Assembly: GCA_002070185.1 (NCBI GenBank) | Contig: MWCT01000002.1 | Location: forward strand, 256,492-320,491 | Direction of reading: 5' to 3' | From: a candidate division BRC1 bacterium ADurb.Bin183 | Lineage (GTDB): Bacteria > Sumerlaeota > Sumerlaeia > MWCT01 | DNA length: 64,000 bases | Shown here: piece by piece, positions 9,846-22,183 of the stretch | How positions within the stretch are numbered: position 1 is the stretch's first letter | Layout of the letters: each line of letters starts with the position of its first letter | Translations under genes and position numbers: made by a program | Notes under the pieces: generated by a model | Seen by the model: the letters and a program-made list of their open reading frames with translations, nothing else | Told to the model about the DNA's origin: nothing | The model's database searches: none

Positions 9846-10056
9846 GGCGGGGCGCCTCCTTGAGAAGATCCAACCGCGCCTCCTGAAGGCGCTTTATGGC
9901 GGAGATGATGACGTTGAAGTCTGTCATTTTGGGAAGCGAATCAGCGGCGGGGGCGTCCGAACCATAGGCTTCAAAGAAACGAAGAATTACATCTTCCGCC
10001 TTATCCCAGAGCGAGGAGATTCGTTTTTGGGTTTGGGAAAAGTTTTCATAAGGCAC
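9721..10056 (-). CDS. Small acidic hypothetical protein encoded immediately upstream of, and overlapping, the terminase-like gene (possible small terminase/DNA-recognition partner)
   Basis: 111 aa. GTG start preceded by a strong AGGAGG SD 10 nt upstream. Overlaps the 5' end of the terminase-like ORF by about 125 nt in a different frame. Acidic Ser/Asp-rich C-terminus. Confidence 0.5.
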   Translation of the reverse strand: MPYENFSQTQKRISSLWDKAEDVILRFFEAYGSDAPAADSLPKMTDFNVIISAIKRLQEARLDLLKEAPRHESHAGTGNPDPESPAQNISRIIEALEKNGSEESDSDALPD

Positions 10057-10243
10057 GCGGGCAAGTCCTCCTTTTTTAAAATGATAGGCGGAAGAGCCAT
10101 CGCTGGCGGCTGGGGAGTTGTCAATTCACATAGAGAATCTTAAATACCCTTGCGGGATAATAAAATTGAGCGGCGGGAAAAAGCGCGGCGGTTTTGAGGC
10201 GAAAACAAGGCGAAAAACAAATAGGTTTCTAAAGGCGCGTCAA

Positions 10244-10273
10244 TAAAAAAAGGGGCGCATTTTCGCGCCCCAG
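10244..10273 (-). terminator. Rho-independent terminator downstream of the secreted lectin-like gene
   Basis: On the minus strand: CTGGGGCGCGAAAATGCGCCCC stem-loop followed by TTTTTTT, about 24 nt after the stop of the 10297..11040 CDS. Confidence 0.75.
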
Positions 10274-10296
10274 ATAAATCGCTGTTAAACTGAATA

Positions 10297-11040
10297 TTAA
10301 TACATTGTCCAGTCTTTGATGCCGGAAGGCGGACTGGCTGTGACTTTAATGTTGTCGAATAAGACGGGGATGGGCGGCGCGGCGTTGTAATGAAGGATAC
10401 CGAGACCAATCAGACCCGCATCGGCAAGCCCGCCACCCGGACCTAAAGCCGCCATTGTTTTTGTGGGGAGTACATGGTCGTCAAAGGTGACGGTGACCTC
10501 ATTATGGTCAACGCCGCCGACTTCAATAACCAGATGATGCCAGCCCGTGGTTGCCCAGGCGTCGTCAATATCAATTTCTTCGGTGCCCCATGAACCACCA
10601 GTGTAAGTTTGAATTTTGATTTCACCGTCGGTCTTGGGCAGGTTAAGCAGGACGCGGGCATATTGGGTTTCACTCATGCGGTCGGCGCGGAACATGAATC
10701 CAACTTGGCAATTGACGCCGTTCTGAGGGGTATTATAGGCGTAAACCCAGCCATCAAGCGTCAAGTCCAACCAAGGGGTTTCAGAAGAGCAGGCGGCGGC
10801 GATGCCAAAATAATTGTTGTCTCTGTCATATAATTCCAAGACATAACCATCTCCATCGGGCGCAGATGCATCGGCAATGGCAACCACATCGTCGTTAAAA
10901 TTTGTTCCGGCTCCTAACTTATACCAGACATTGTTCAGCGTGCCGCCCGTCGCATGCTCCTCGAAATCTGCGGCATAGGCGGAAACAGCAAGGAGCAGGC
11001 ACAGAATCATTGCAGTTGTGAATAAAAGTCTTCCTTTCAT
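10297..11040 (-). CDS. Secreted hypothetical protein, concanavalin/LamG-like beta-sandwich suspected
   Basis: Start set at MKGRLLFTTAMILCLLLAVSAYA (signal peptide) with AGGAGG SD 8 nt upstream. Gly/Asp/Thr-rich and aromatic, which is beta-rich in character. No catalytic motif recognised. Confidence 0.6.
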   Translation of the reverse strand: MKGRLLFTTAMILCLLLAVSAYAADFEEHATGGTLNNVWYKLGAGTNFNDDVVAIADASAPDGDGYVLELYDRDNNYFGIAAACSSETPWLDLTLDGWVYAYNTPQNGVNCQVGFMFRADRMSETQYARVLLNLPKTDGEIKIQTYTGGSWGTEEIDIDDAWATTGWHHLVIEVGGVDHNEVTVTFDDHVLPTKTMAALGPGGGLADAGLIGLGILHYNAAPPIPVLFDNIKVTASPPSGIKDWTMY

Positions 11041-11138
11041 CCCAAATACCTCCTTTTCATAAAATAAAAAACTCAAATGAATTTAATGTGATTTGTATAT
11101 AAAGTATTAAATATCTGTCAATCTAAATTTTAACGAAC

Positions 11139-12623
11139 ATGATAGCGAATAATTTGGGTTTGACACCGACAGACCGTTGCCTCGATAGTTCCCTCAATAT
11201 GCAAAAAGATGAATGGATCCATCGCATTTCGAAATTGCTGGGGAAGTCTCGGGTTTTAACCGATTCCGAGGAGCGGCAGGTTTATTCCTTTGACGCCTCC
11301 CGCAGGCGCGCCCTGCCTGATGTTGTGGTCTTTCCTCAAGATTCGGATGATGTGCGCCGGGTGATGCGCATTGCCAGCCGAAACAGGATACCTGTATATC
11401 CGCGAGGCGCGGGAACGGGCATGGTGGGCGGCGCGTTGGCAAAAAGAGGAGGTATCGCGCTTGTGATGACTTCCATGAATCGGATAATTGAAATCAATCC
11501 TGTAAATTACACGGCTCGGATACAGCCGGGCGTCATTGTGGAAGATTTGAAAAAGGCTGCCAAATCGAAGGGGCTTTTTTATCCGCCGGACCCGGCATCG
11601 GCGAAGTTTGCCTCAATCGGAGGAACGGTTGCCGTCAATTCCGGCGGGCTGAATAGCCTAAAATATGGAGCGACGCGGGATTATGTTCTTGCGCTGGAGG
11701 TTGTTTCAGCGCGGGGCGAGGCGCTGAAATTTGGCGCGGGGACGTTAAAATCGGCGACAGGCTACGATCTGATGCGGCTCTTGATTGGCTCGGAAGGGAC
11801 GCTTGCGGTTATTACGGAGATCACTGTCCGCCTTATCCCACATCCAAAGCGGTATGATACGATGCTGGCGTTATTCCCCGATGATATGGCGGCGTTGAAG
11901 GCAGCCATCGGGATTGTGAGCGAGCCGCTGCTGCCTTGCGCTCTTGAGTTCATGGACGAGACGGCGGTTTATTGCGCTCGAAAATTTACAGGCGATGAAC
12001 GGCTTCAAAAAGCGTGCGGGGCGCTTTTAATTGAGTTTGATAGTTTATCAAATGATTCGTGCGCATCTTTGATGGGGCGGACGCGGGAGATATGCCGAGA
12101 GGCGGGGGCGCTGGACATACATGACGCCGCGGATGCCGATGAGCGGGAGGCGCTGTGGGAAGTTCGGCGCAGTCTCTCGCCTGCCGTTTATGAAATCGCC
12201 CCGACCAAAATCAATGAGGATATATGCGTTCCTCGGTCAGAGATGGCGGCGGTTATTCGCGAGATTAAACGGATTGCGCGCACGCGCGGGCTTCGGGTTG
12301 TGAATTTTGCGCATGCGGGCGATGGGAATATTCATGTTAACTTCATGTTCGACGGCGAGGATAAAAAGAAGTCGGCGGCGGCAAAGGACGCGGTCAGAGA
12401 ACTTTTTGCGGTTGTTGTGAAACGAGGCGGCACTCTTTCCGGAGAGCATGGCGTCGGGATTGCCAAATCGCCGTATCTTGGGATGCAACTGGGGGCAAAA
12501 GAGATTGGCTTGATGCGCCGCATCAAGAAGGTTTTTGATCCGGATGGGATTTTGAATCCGGGCAAAATTTTTCATGGAGGCAAAGGGCTTGGCAACTTTG
12601 AGTCATTTGGAAAGCGAGATTAA
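11139..12623 (+). CDS. FAD-binding oxidoreductase, glycolate oxidase GlcD / D-lactate dehydrogenase family
   Basis: FAD-binding PCMH-type signature (VVVFPQDSDDVRRVMRIASRNRIPVYPRGAGTGMVGG) and a C-terminal FAD-oxidase domain (EHGVGIAKSPYL). Start may instead be Met21 (11199). Confidence 0.8.
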   Translation: MIANNLGLTPTDRCLDSSLNMQKDEWIHRISKLLGKSRVLTDSEERQVYSFDASRRRALPDVVVFPQDSDDVRRVMRIASRNRIPVYPRGAGTGMVGGALAKRGGIALVMTSMNRIIEINPVNYTARIQPGVIVEDLKKAAKSKGLFYPPDPASAKFASIGGTVAVNSGGLNSLKYGATRDYVLALEVVSARGEALKFGAGTLKSATGYDLMRLLIGSEGTLAVITEITVRLIPHPKRYDTMLALFPDDMAALKAAIGIVSEPLLPCALEFMDETAVYCARKFTGDERLQKACGALLIEFDSLSNDSCASLMGRTREICREAGALDIHDAADADEREALWEVRRSLSPAVYEIAPTKINEDICVPRSEMAAVIREIKRIARTRGLRVVNFAHAGDGNIHVNFMFDGEDKKKSAAAKDAVRELFAVVVKRGGTLSGEHGVGIAKSPYLGMQLGAKEIGLMRRIKKVFDPDGILNPGKIFHGGKGLGNFESFGKRD

Positions 12624-13614
12624 TTCATGTTTGAAGGAAATTTCCGCGCATACAGACCCGCGTCATTTTGCGTTTCGGGTGAGTTATGAAATCAGAGAGC
12701 ATGAGATTGCGCTGAGCGGTTTTGTGCATTTCCCTCAGCAGGAGCAGGCGCTCCTAAGCCGTCTGGAAAAAATCCTGCAGGTTGGCAAAAAAAAGATTGC
12801 CGTATATTCCCAAATTAAAATCCTTGCGAAAAATAAATTGAGATTCGGTCAATGCCGCGTTGCCTTTGCCAACATGTATGCGCATCCCAAAAAAGATTCC
12901 GAGAGGGTTTCGCAGGTTTTATATGGTTCGTTTTTGCTTTGTTACTTTTCACATGGGCAATATATCTTTTGCGCAGATCCGACCGGATATTTGGGATATG
13001 TGCGCAAAGCGGACATTCTGCTCCAAACGCGCGAGGATTATTTGCGGTGGCTGAATGGACGCCGCGCGCGGGTCATGTCGGATATTCAAACTGCAAACGG
13101 TCTTATCCCGATGGGCAGCGAGCTGGTCTGCGATGAGAAAAACCGTCTTATCTTGCCGGATGGCGGGGTTTGCCAATCGGTTAACTCCTCAATCAAAGTC
13201 CATGAACCGATACGGCATCCGCTCATCAAACCGCTTTTAAAATCGGCGCTGGCTTACCTTGCCGTCCCGTATCTTTGGGGAGGCAAAACATCTGCGGGCA
13301 TTGACTGTTCGGCGTTCGTTCAAGTTCTTTTTTTGATTCATGGGATAGCTCTGCCGCGGGATTCATCGCAACAGGTGAATGTGGGATACCAGACGGGAAT
13401 GCTTGGCGATTTCAGCGATGTTTTGCCGGGCGATTTGCTTTTTTTTATGGGACGCAAGGGGCGCATCATTCATGTGGGTCTTTCGCTCGGCGGGGAAAAA
13501 TTCCTGCACGCCTCCGTCACAGGCGGGGTCAAGGAATCCTTTATTGATGAGGAGGAAACGGCGGGGCATCCCTATCGCAACTATTATGTTATGGCGCGGA
13601 GAATTCTGGCTTAG
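12574..13614 (+). CDS. NlpC/P60 (C40) family peptidoglycan peptidase with N-terminal SH3b-like domains
   Basis: C-terminal catalytic region (VPYLWGGKTSAGIDCSAFVQVLF ... IIHVGLSLGGEKFLHAS) carries the Cys/His pattern of C40 peptidases. Annotated start overlaps the glcD-like gene by 50 nt, so the true start is probably downstream. Confidence 0.7.
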   Translation: MEAKGLATLSHLESEINSCLKEISAHTDPRHFAFRVSYEIREHEIALSGFVHFPQQEQALLSRLEKILQVGKKKIAVYSQIKILAKNKLRFGQCRVAFANMYAHPKKDSERVSQVLYGSFLLCYFSHGQYIFCADPTGYLGYVRKADILLQTREDYLRWLNGRRARVMSDIQTANGLIPMGSELVCDEKNRLILPDGGVCQSVNSSIKVHEPIRHPLIKPLLKSALAYLAVPYLWGGKTSAGIDCSAFVQVLFLIHGIALPRDSSQQVNVGYQTGMLGDFSDVLPGDLLFFMGRKGRIIHVGLSLGGEKFLHASVTGGVKESFIDEEETAGHPYRNYYVMARRILA

Positions 13615-14332
13615 GAAACGCCATTTTAATTGCGGCAAGGCGGACGAGTATATCTGCAAGGCTGGAAAGCGCGGCGTTCAAACCGCCGCGGAACTGGCGA
13701 TGCGCATCCTCTTCGCCGTTGTCGCTGATCCCCCTGATGGAGAGCGCGGGAACTCCCGCCTCCCGAGACGATTGAATCACGGCAAAGGTTTCGTAACAAA
13801 AGGCGTCCACGCCCCGTTTTGACAATTTTTTTTTGACAAGGGAGTGTTCGAGAAAAAAATCCGCCGAGCCGACCGCGCCTTCTTTGATTTTTTCCCATCC
13901 ATCAAAGGCGCTTATGAGTTCGGGGGGCGGGGCAATGATGATTTCTTTTAGTATCGGTTCTTTGGCAAACTTGGGAGGCGTTATGAAAAAGGGGTCAATC
14001 TTTGCCCATTCTTTAATCAAAGGGGAAACGTCCGCCGCTTTAACCGCCATGACAACGCTCCCTACGTTGAGTCCGTTGTGAACGCCCGCCGCCACGCCGA
14101 AATCCAGAATCATCTCCGGCTGAAAAAGACCGATGAGCTGCTTGGCGGCGATATAGGCGCGGTCGCCGCCCATGCCGGATTCAATTACGGCGCAGGGGCG
14201 GTTTTCCAATATGCCGCAAAATCCGGTAAAAAGCGAAAACTGCGCGCGCTTTGCGCCATCAAGGAGCGCCGCCACCGTCCTTGTTTCTTTTGGATGAGAA
14301 CAGACAACACCTATTTCCGCTTTGAACGTCAT
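13589..14332 (-). CDS. PNP/UDP-1 superfamily nucleosidase, MTA/SAH nucleosidase (Pfs/MqnB)-like
   Basis: 247 aa. EIGVVCSHPKETR N-terminus, GMGGDRAYIAAKQL and SIRGISDNGEED align with MTAN motifs. Start overlaps the upstream radical SAM gene by 4 nt. Confidence 0.65.
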   Translation of the reverse strand: MTFKAEIGVVCSHPKETRTVAALLDGAKRAQFSLFTGFCGILENRPCAVIESGMGGDRAYIAAKQLIGLFQPEMILDFGVAAGVHNGLNVGSVVMAVKAADVSPLIKEWAKIDPFFITPPKFAKEPILKEIIIAPPPELISAFDGWEKIKEGAVGSADFFLEHSLVKKKLSKRGVDAFCYETFAVIQSSREAGVPALSIRGISDNGEEDAHRQFRGGLNAALSSLADILVRLAAIKMAFPKPEFSAP

Positions 14333-15435
14333 TTGATATGAACCTCCCGTTCACAACGTTGATCGAGCATTGATTTTAATTGCAGATTATTTTCGGGATG
14401 AAAACCGAAGAGGTCATCCCAGACATCAGCCCGCTCCATGCAAAGATAGCAAAAGACATCGGGGCACGCCGACCGCAGCGCTTGAAGGAGATGCCGAAAC
14501 ATCTCGCGGCGGAGAGGTTTGAAGATTCGCATCTTGCCATCTTCGCCGATAATGAACTCTTCATAAATAAGACGGTTTTGAGGGAAGCGTTCCTGAATAA
14601 TATTTTTTAACGACGGCGGAAAGCGAAATACGCCGAGGCTGACCCAAAACACGCGGGAGAGGTCAACCGCCTCCGCCAGTTTTTTGACAACGCCTTCGTA
14701 TTCTTCTTCCCATCCTTCGAATCGAAGGAGAGGGTCGAAATGGAACGCAACGGGATAGCCCGCTTCCTGAATTATTTGAGCCGCTTTGAGCCGTTCATCA
14801 AGAGATGCCGCGCCGCTCTCTTCGGCGTCAATAATGCGCTGGGGATTGAGAGACCAAGCAAAAATAATCTGGCGCCGCGGTTCCATCCCCAAAATCGGAG
14901 ATATATCCGCCGCCTTTGTTTTGACTTCAAGGAACACATTTGGGAATTCACGGAGAAGGGGCAAAAAGAGTTCAGTCGTCCGTGCGATTGGCTCAAGCGC
15001 CAGACTGTCCGTGAATTCGCCGGTGCCAAATCGCAGGATGCTATTTTTTGCCTGCGCAAAGATTTCCCGCAATTCCGCGAGCATATCATTTTCATTCACA
15101 TAATAAACGATAAAGGGATTATTGAGATATGCTTGCAGGATGCAGTAGGAGCAATCGAGGGGACAGCCTGCCGCGTGATGGAGCGTAAGGTAGCCGCAAC
15201 AGAGGTGATGTTTTGTGCCCGGGCAAGTTTTCAAAAAACGCCCGCGATTTTTCATGAGCAGAAGCGTCCGTTTGCCTTGCGCGATTTTAGAAGGCTCCGC
15301 CGTTGATTGAGCGAGGAAATCTTTTATGTTCGGGATAATTTCGGCGGGCGTATTGGAAAGACGCCCGAGCATTTGCTGCGCATAAGCGATGTCCTCGCAC
15401 CCTTTTTCCACAAAAACTCTTTCAATCGAGTTCAT
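14329..15435 (-). CDS. Radical SAM protein, spore photoproduct lyase (SPL) family
   Basis: 368 aa. CPLDCSYC cluster motif with Cys at 91/95/98, as in SPL. KRTLLLMKNRGRFLKTC precedes the motif, and a GTGEFTDSLA segment follows it. Confidence 0.7.
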   Translation of the reverse strand: MNSIERVFVEKGCEDIAYAQQMLGRLSNTPAEIIPNIKDFLAQSTAEPSKIAQGKRTLLLMKNRGRFLKTCPGTKHHLCCGYLTLHHAAGCPLDCSYCILQAYLNNPFIVYYVNENDMLAELREIFAQAKNSILRFGTGEFTDSLALEPIARTTELFLPLLREFPNVFLEVKTKAADISPILGMEPRRQIIFAWSLNPQRIIDAEESGAASLDERLKAAQIIQEAGYPVAFHFDPLLRFEGWEEEYEGVVKKLAEAVDLSRVFWVSLGVFRFPPSLKNIIQERFPQNRLIYEEFIIGEDGKMRIFKPLRREMFRHLLQALRSACPDVFCYLCMERADVWDDLFGFHPENNLQLKSMLDQRCEREVHIK

Positions 15436-15436
15436 G

Positions 15437-16018
15437 TTATTTCATTTCCCACTGAGAGGCGAGATAGTCTTCTATCTTGTTCAGCATGATGACCTTTTCT
15501 CCGCCGATAATCATGAAAACATAATCAAGTCTTTGCAGCGCCATGTTGATGAAATGTTCGGATTCAAATCGCGGGACAATGAGCGCGGTTTTATTTTTTT
15601 TTAACCGCACCATGACGCACGTGCCGGTGGGGTCCAGGGTCATATAGGGACCCTCCTCCGACTGTAGGAGGTTGACGGCGCGCAGACGGCTAATCAGCGC
15701 CGCGACGGGCGACTCTGGCGATGGCGCCGAGCCCATTTGCCCAGCTAAAATGGGAGGGGTGTTTTGTAATGCCGGCGCGGGAGGCGCATCAGGGGCGGAA
15801 GAATCCGGCGCGAGTGGGGGATGACCCATTTCGCGCGGCGGGAGCGTATCGAGCATAAACTCTTTTTTGATTTCATCCGCAAATTCTTTGAGCGCGAGAT
15901 CGTCCTCCGTTTTTTTCTGGCGAATTTTTTTCGCAAGCCAGATGAGCGCGCCAACCATAATACCGGCAAAGATGAGGATGAAAATGACGAGCGTTGCTTT
16001 ATCGGGCGGGTCTTGCAT
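15437..16018 (-). CDS. Hypothetical membrane-anchored protein (N-terminal TM, Pro-rich linker, about 70-aa C-terminal globular domain)
   Basis: 193 aa. TM LVIFILIFAGIMVGALIWL, then a charged and Pro-rich linker, then the PYMTLDPTGTCVMVRLKKNKTALIVPRFE domain. Stop lies 1 nt from the radical SAM start. Confidence 0.5.
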   Translation of the reverse strand: MQDPPDKATLVIFILIFAGIMVGALIWLAKKIRQKKTEDDLALKEFADEIKKEFMLDTLPPREMGHPPLAPDSSAPDAPPAPALQNTPPILAGQMGSAPSPESPVAALISRLRAVNLLQSEEGPYMTLDPTGTCVMVRLKKNKTALIVPRFESEHFINMALQRLDYVFMIIGGEKVIMLNKIEDYLASQWEMK

Positions 16019-16031
16019 TATTTTTCACCTC

Positions 16032-17243
16032 CTAAAAAGGCAACTCTTCGCGAATTATGCTAAGAGGCGTCAAGGACACTCTAAACGGTAAAGCCAGCGG
16101 CGTATCCACTATACGGATGTTGGGATAGACTTTTTTAATCGCGAAAAAGGTTTTCATTTTTTTCATAACGGCATCGCTTTGGAAGACATCCACCATGTCC
16201 GGCGTCATGATGTCTGCAATATTATCCACCTGCGGCAGGCGCGTCAGGATTTGTTCCAAATCTTCTGAAAGGGAGATTCCGTTGGCGGCGAGCCGTTTCA
16301 AGGCGGCAATAGAAAAAGCCCAGCGCATCATGTCCTGCTGCTTATAGGAGGCTTTGGGGAATTGCGCCATTGTTTCATTCCAGCGCTCTTGCAACTGGCG
16401 TCCCCGCTGCCCAATCAGCGAGATGGAGTCTATGCGGATTCTGACAAGGCTGTTGTAATCATCCATAACGATGTTTTTGTTGTCTAATTTCACATTATAG
16501 CCTTCGGCGTTCATGTCGTCATCAATGAGCTTTTTAATGCGGACGACGAGACGAGTTCGTTCCACTTCGGCGGCGCTTTTGGAAAGGGGCATACTGATTT
16601 GTCTCGCAGCCTCCGTGAGAGAGAAGACGCTTTTTAAGTTTTGCGGCTCGCTGAATACGCCCAGATTATCCCCGATGCGCGCATAATTATTCATCAGAGT
16701 CTGGACGCCGGATGAAATATCATCGGCATTTCCGTTTAAGCGGGAAAGGGCGGACACCCATGATGCGCCAATCTGGTCCTGAAACATCGAAAAACGTTCC
16801 GATGTCATGCGAAGCTGGGCGATAAGCGTTTGGAGTTCTTCCAGATTTTTATGAAACGGTTCAATCAGACGGGCATCGAGTTGTTTGGGATTTGTGGCGG
16901 CGGCAAGATTGTCGCCCGCCTTTTCGTAGGCGGCAATGGATTGTTCGAGTCGAAGGCTTGAGGATGCCAGACCGTCAGCAAACCGGGCGAAATTTTCAGC
17001 AGTCAATTCGAGGCGGTTTTTGATATTGCCCGGGGCTGTCGCCGATTCGAGATTTTTTGTCACGCGTTCGATGTTTTCGAGCGAGCGATTGATTTTTTCC
17101 ACATCAATTTTATCGGCGCGTTTGATGACTTTGGACGCTGGTGCAAACGTGTTTCGGATGGTAAAAAAAAGAAAAATGATGACGCACCAGCAAACTATAA
17201 TCACGCTCAAATCTTTTACAATAGCCAGGATGTCTTTTTTCAT
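16032..17243 (-). CDS. Hypothetical membrane-anchored all-helical/coiled-coil protein
   Basis: 403 aa. N-terminal TM (LSVIIVCWCVIIFLFF) followed by long predicted helical segments. AAGGA SD. Only 14 nt after the tgt stop and 14 nt before the next gene. Confidence 0.5.
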   Translation of the reverse strand: MKKDILAIVKDLSVIIVCWCVIIFLFFTIRNTFAPASKVIKRADKIDVEKINRSLENIERVTKNLESATAPGNIKNRLELTAENFARFADGLASSSLRLEQSIAAYEKAGDNLAAATNPKQLDARLIEPFHKNLEELQTLIAQLRMTSERFSMFQDQIGASWVSALSRLNGNADDISSGVQTLMNNYARIGDNLGVFSEPQNLKSVFSLTEAARQISMPLSKSAAEVERTRLVVRIKKLIDDDMNAEGYNVKLDNKNIVMDDYNSLVRIRIDSISLIGQRGRQLQERWNETMAQFPKASYKQQDMMRWAFSIAALKRLAANGISLSEDLEQILTRLPQVDNIADIMTPDMVDVFQSDAVMKKMKTFFAIKKVYPNIRIVDTPLALPFRVSLTPLSIIREELPF

Positions 17244-17257
17244 TTTTTCAGTCCTTT

Positions 17258-20260
<3,003 letters not shown>

Positions 20261-20267
20261 ATCAAAT

Positions 20268-21131
20268 ATGGATAAGATAAACAAAAAGGCATGGGGGAAA
20301 CGCCTCATGAAATGGGGGATTCTGGGTTTTATTATTCTGGGGGCGTATCCTGTATTATTGTTTTTGATGCAACGCAAGATGGTTTACTTTCCGCGCCGGT
20401 ATGATTTCGAGCCACGCGCGGCGCTGCCGAAGGGCGCGCGGGAGTTAGAATTTATGACATCCGCCGGAAAGCAGGTCTGTTTTTACCTGCCGCCGAAAGC
20501 CGGCGATGATACAACGCCAACCCATCTTTGGATTTTGTTCGGCGGAAACGCCTCTCTGGCGCTTGACTGGTTGAACTTTGTCAACCGGTATCCGGAGCGC
20601 AGCCACGCCTTTTTGCTGGTGGATTATCCGGGATATGGTTTGTGCAAAGGTTCCCCTTGCCTTGCTTCGATTGCCGAATCTTCCGAAAGGGCTTATGAAG
20701 AATGGAAAAAGTTGGCAGGCAAAGGGAATGCGGAAATAAAAATCGGGACGCTTGGTCATTCGCTGGGCGCGGCAACGGCGCTAATTTTTGCGGCAAAGCA
20801 TCAAGAGGTCGGCGTCATCATTCTTGCCGCGCCGTTCACAAGCCTTACTGATATGGCAAAGATGCGGGCGGGCGCGCTGCTTTCGAACCTACTTCTTGAC
20901 CGGTATGACAATCGGGCAAGGTTGAATGAGATTGCAGCGCGGCAGAATCCGCCGGTCATTCATATTTTTCACGGCAGGGAAGACACGGTTGTGCCTTTTG
21001 CGATGGGATATGAGCTGGCGCAACGCCACAAAGGGGTAATAACCTTTCATGAATTCAAAGAAACTTATCACAATTCCATTTTGACTGAGGCGGAAAATAA
21101 TATATGGAATATTATGAGCGGCAGGGAGTGA
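20268..21131 (+). CDS. Alpha/beta hydrolase with N-terminal membrane anchor
   Basis: GHSLGAA nucleophile elbow (GxSxG) and the usual alpha/beta-hydrolase His/Asp region. N-terminal TM ILGFIILGAYPVLLFL. Confidence 0.7.
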   Translation: MDKINKKAWGKRLMKWGILGFIILGAYPVLLFLMQRKMVYFPRRYDFEPRAALPKGARELEFMTSAGKQVCFYLPPKAGDDTTPTHLWILFGGNASLALDWLNFVNRYPERSHAFLLVDYPGYGLCKGSPCLASIAESSERAYEEWKKLAGKGNAEIKIGTLGHSLGAATALIFAAKHQEVGVIILAAPFTSLTDMAKMRAGALLSNLLLDRYDNRARLNEIAARQNPPVIHIFHGREDTVVPFAMGYELAQRHKGVITFHEFKETYHNSILTEAENNIWNIMSGRE

Positions 21132-22177
21132 ACGGCGAGTCATTAAATCTCCGCGTGAGGCGGCTGCTGCGGGAATCTCCGCTGATTGACGGACATAATG
21201 ACATGCCTTGGCGGTATTTGAGGGATTACGATAATAATCTGGATGCGCTGGATTTTTCAAAGGATACAAGCAAGGCATGTCCGAAGATGCTTTCGGACAT
21301 TCCGCGATTGCGCGCCGGTTGCGTGGGGGGATGTTTTTGGGCGGTATTTATTCCCGATGATTGGGCAAACGGCGGCAAAGCCTATCGGGCGGCTCTGCGG
21401 CAGATTCAATTTGTCAAGGATGCGGCGGCGCGATATTCGGACGATTTTGAAATGGCGTATTCAGCGGGGGACATCCGGCGCATTCACGCATCGGGAAAAA
21501 TCGCATCGCTCATCGGCATGGAAGGGGCGCATACGTTGGAGGGACGTCCGGAACGAATCGAAGAATTTTACAACTTGGGCGCGCGTTACCTAACGCTGGG
21601 GTGCGCCGATTCCAATGCTTTTGCGGATGCGGCGGCTGGCACACCGCGGCACGGCGGGCTTTCGCCGCTGGGCAAAGAGGCTATCCGCATCATGAACCGA
21701 ATCGGGATGATGATAGACCTTTCCCATACCTCTTATGAAACCATGCGGGACGCGCTCGACCTGACGGATGCGCCTATCATATTTTCGCATTCTAACGCCC
21801 GCGCGCTTTGCGACTCGCCGCGAAATGTTCCGGACGATATTCTAACCCGAACGGCTCAATGCGGGGGGATTATTATGGCGACGTTTGTGCCGATGTTTTT
21901 AAGCGCGGAACGAAATAAGAATCCCGATGCGCCGACCCCTCCCCTTTCGGCGGTAGCGGATCATATTGATTACATCTGCGAAAAGGCGGGCGTTAATTAT
22001 GCGGGCATCGGCTCGGATTTTGGCGGATTTATACCGCCGCCTCCCATTGGGCTGCCGGATGCGAGCGCATTTCCCGCCCTTTTTGAAGAGTTGGCGCGCC
22101 GGGGATATAGCGATGAGGATTTGAAAAAGATTGCGGGGGAAAATATTTTGCGCGTCATGGACGCTGTATCGAGGTGA
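21104..22177 (+). CDS. Membrane dipeptidase, peptidase family M19
   Basis: PLIDGHNDMPWRYL N-terminal metal-binding motif and LSHTSYETMRDAL are characteristic of renal-dipeptidase-like M19 enzymes. Confidence 0.8.
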   Translation: MEYYERQGVNGESLNLRVRRLLRESPLIDGHNDMPWRYLRDYDNNLDALDFSKDTSKACPKMLSDIPRLRAGCVGGCFWAVFIPDDWANGGKAYRAALRQIQFVKDAAARYSDDFEMAYSAGDIRRIHASGKIASLIGMEGAHTLEGRPERIEEFYNLGARYLTLGCADSNAFADAAAGTPRHGGLSPLGKEAIRIMNRIGMMIDLSHTSYETMRDALDLTDAPIIFSHSNARALCDSPRNVPDDILTRTAQCGGIIMATFVPMFLSAERNKNPDAPTPPLSAVADHIDYICEKAGVNYAGIGSDFGGFIPPPPIGLPDASAFPALFEELARRGYSDEDLKKIAGENILRVMDAVSR

Positions 22178-22183
22178 GTTTAT

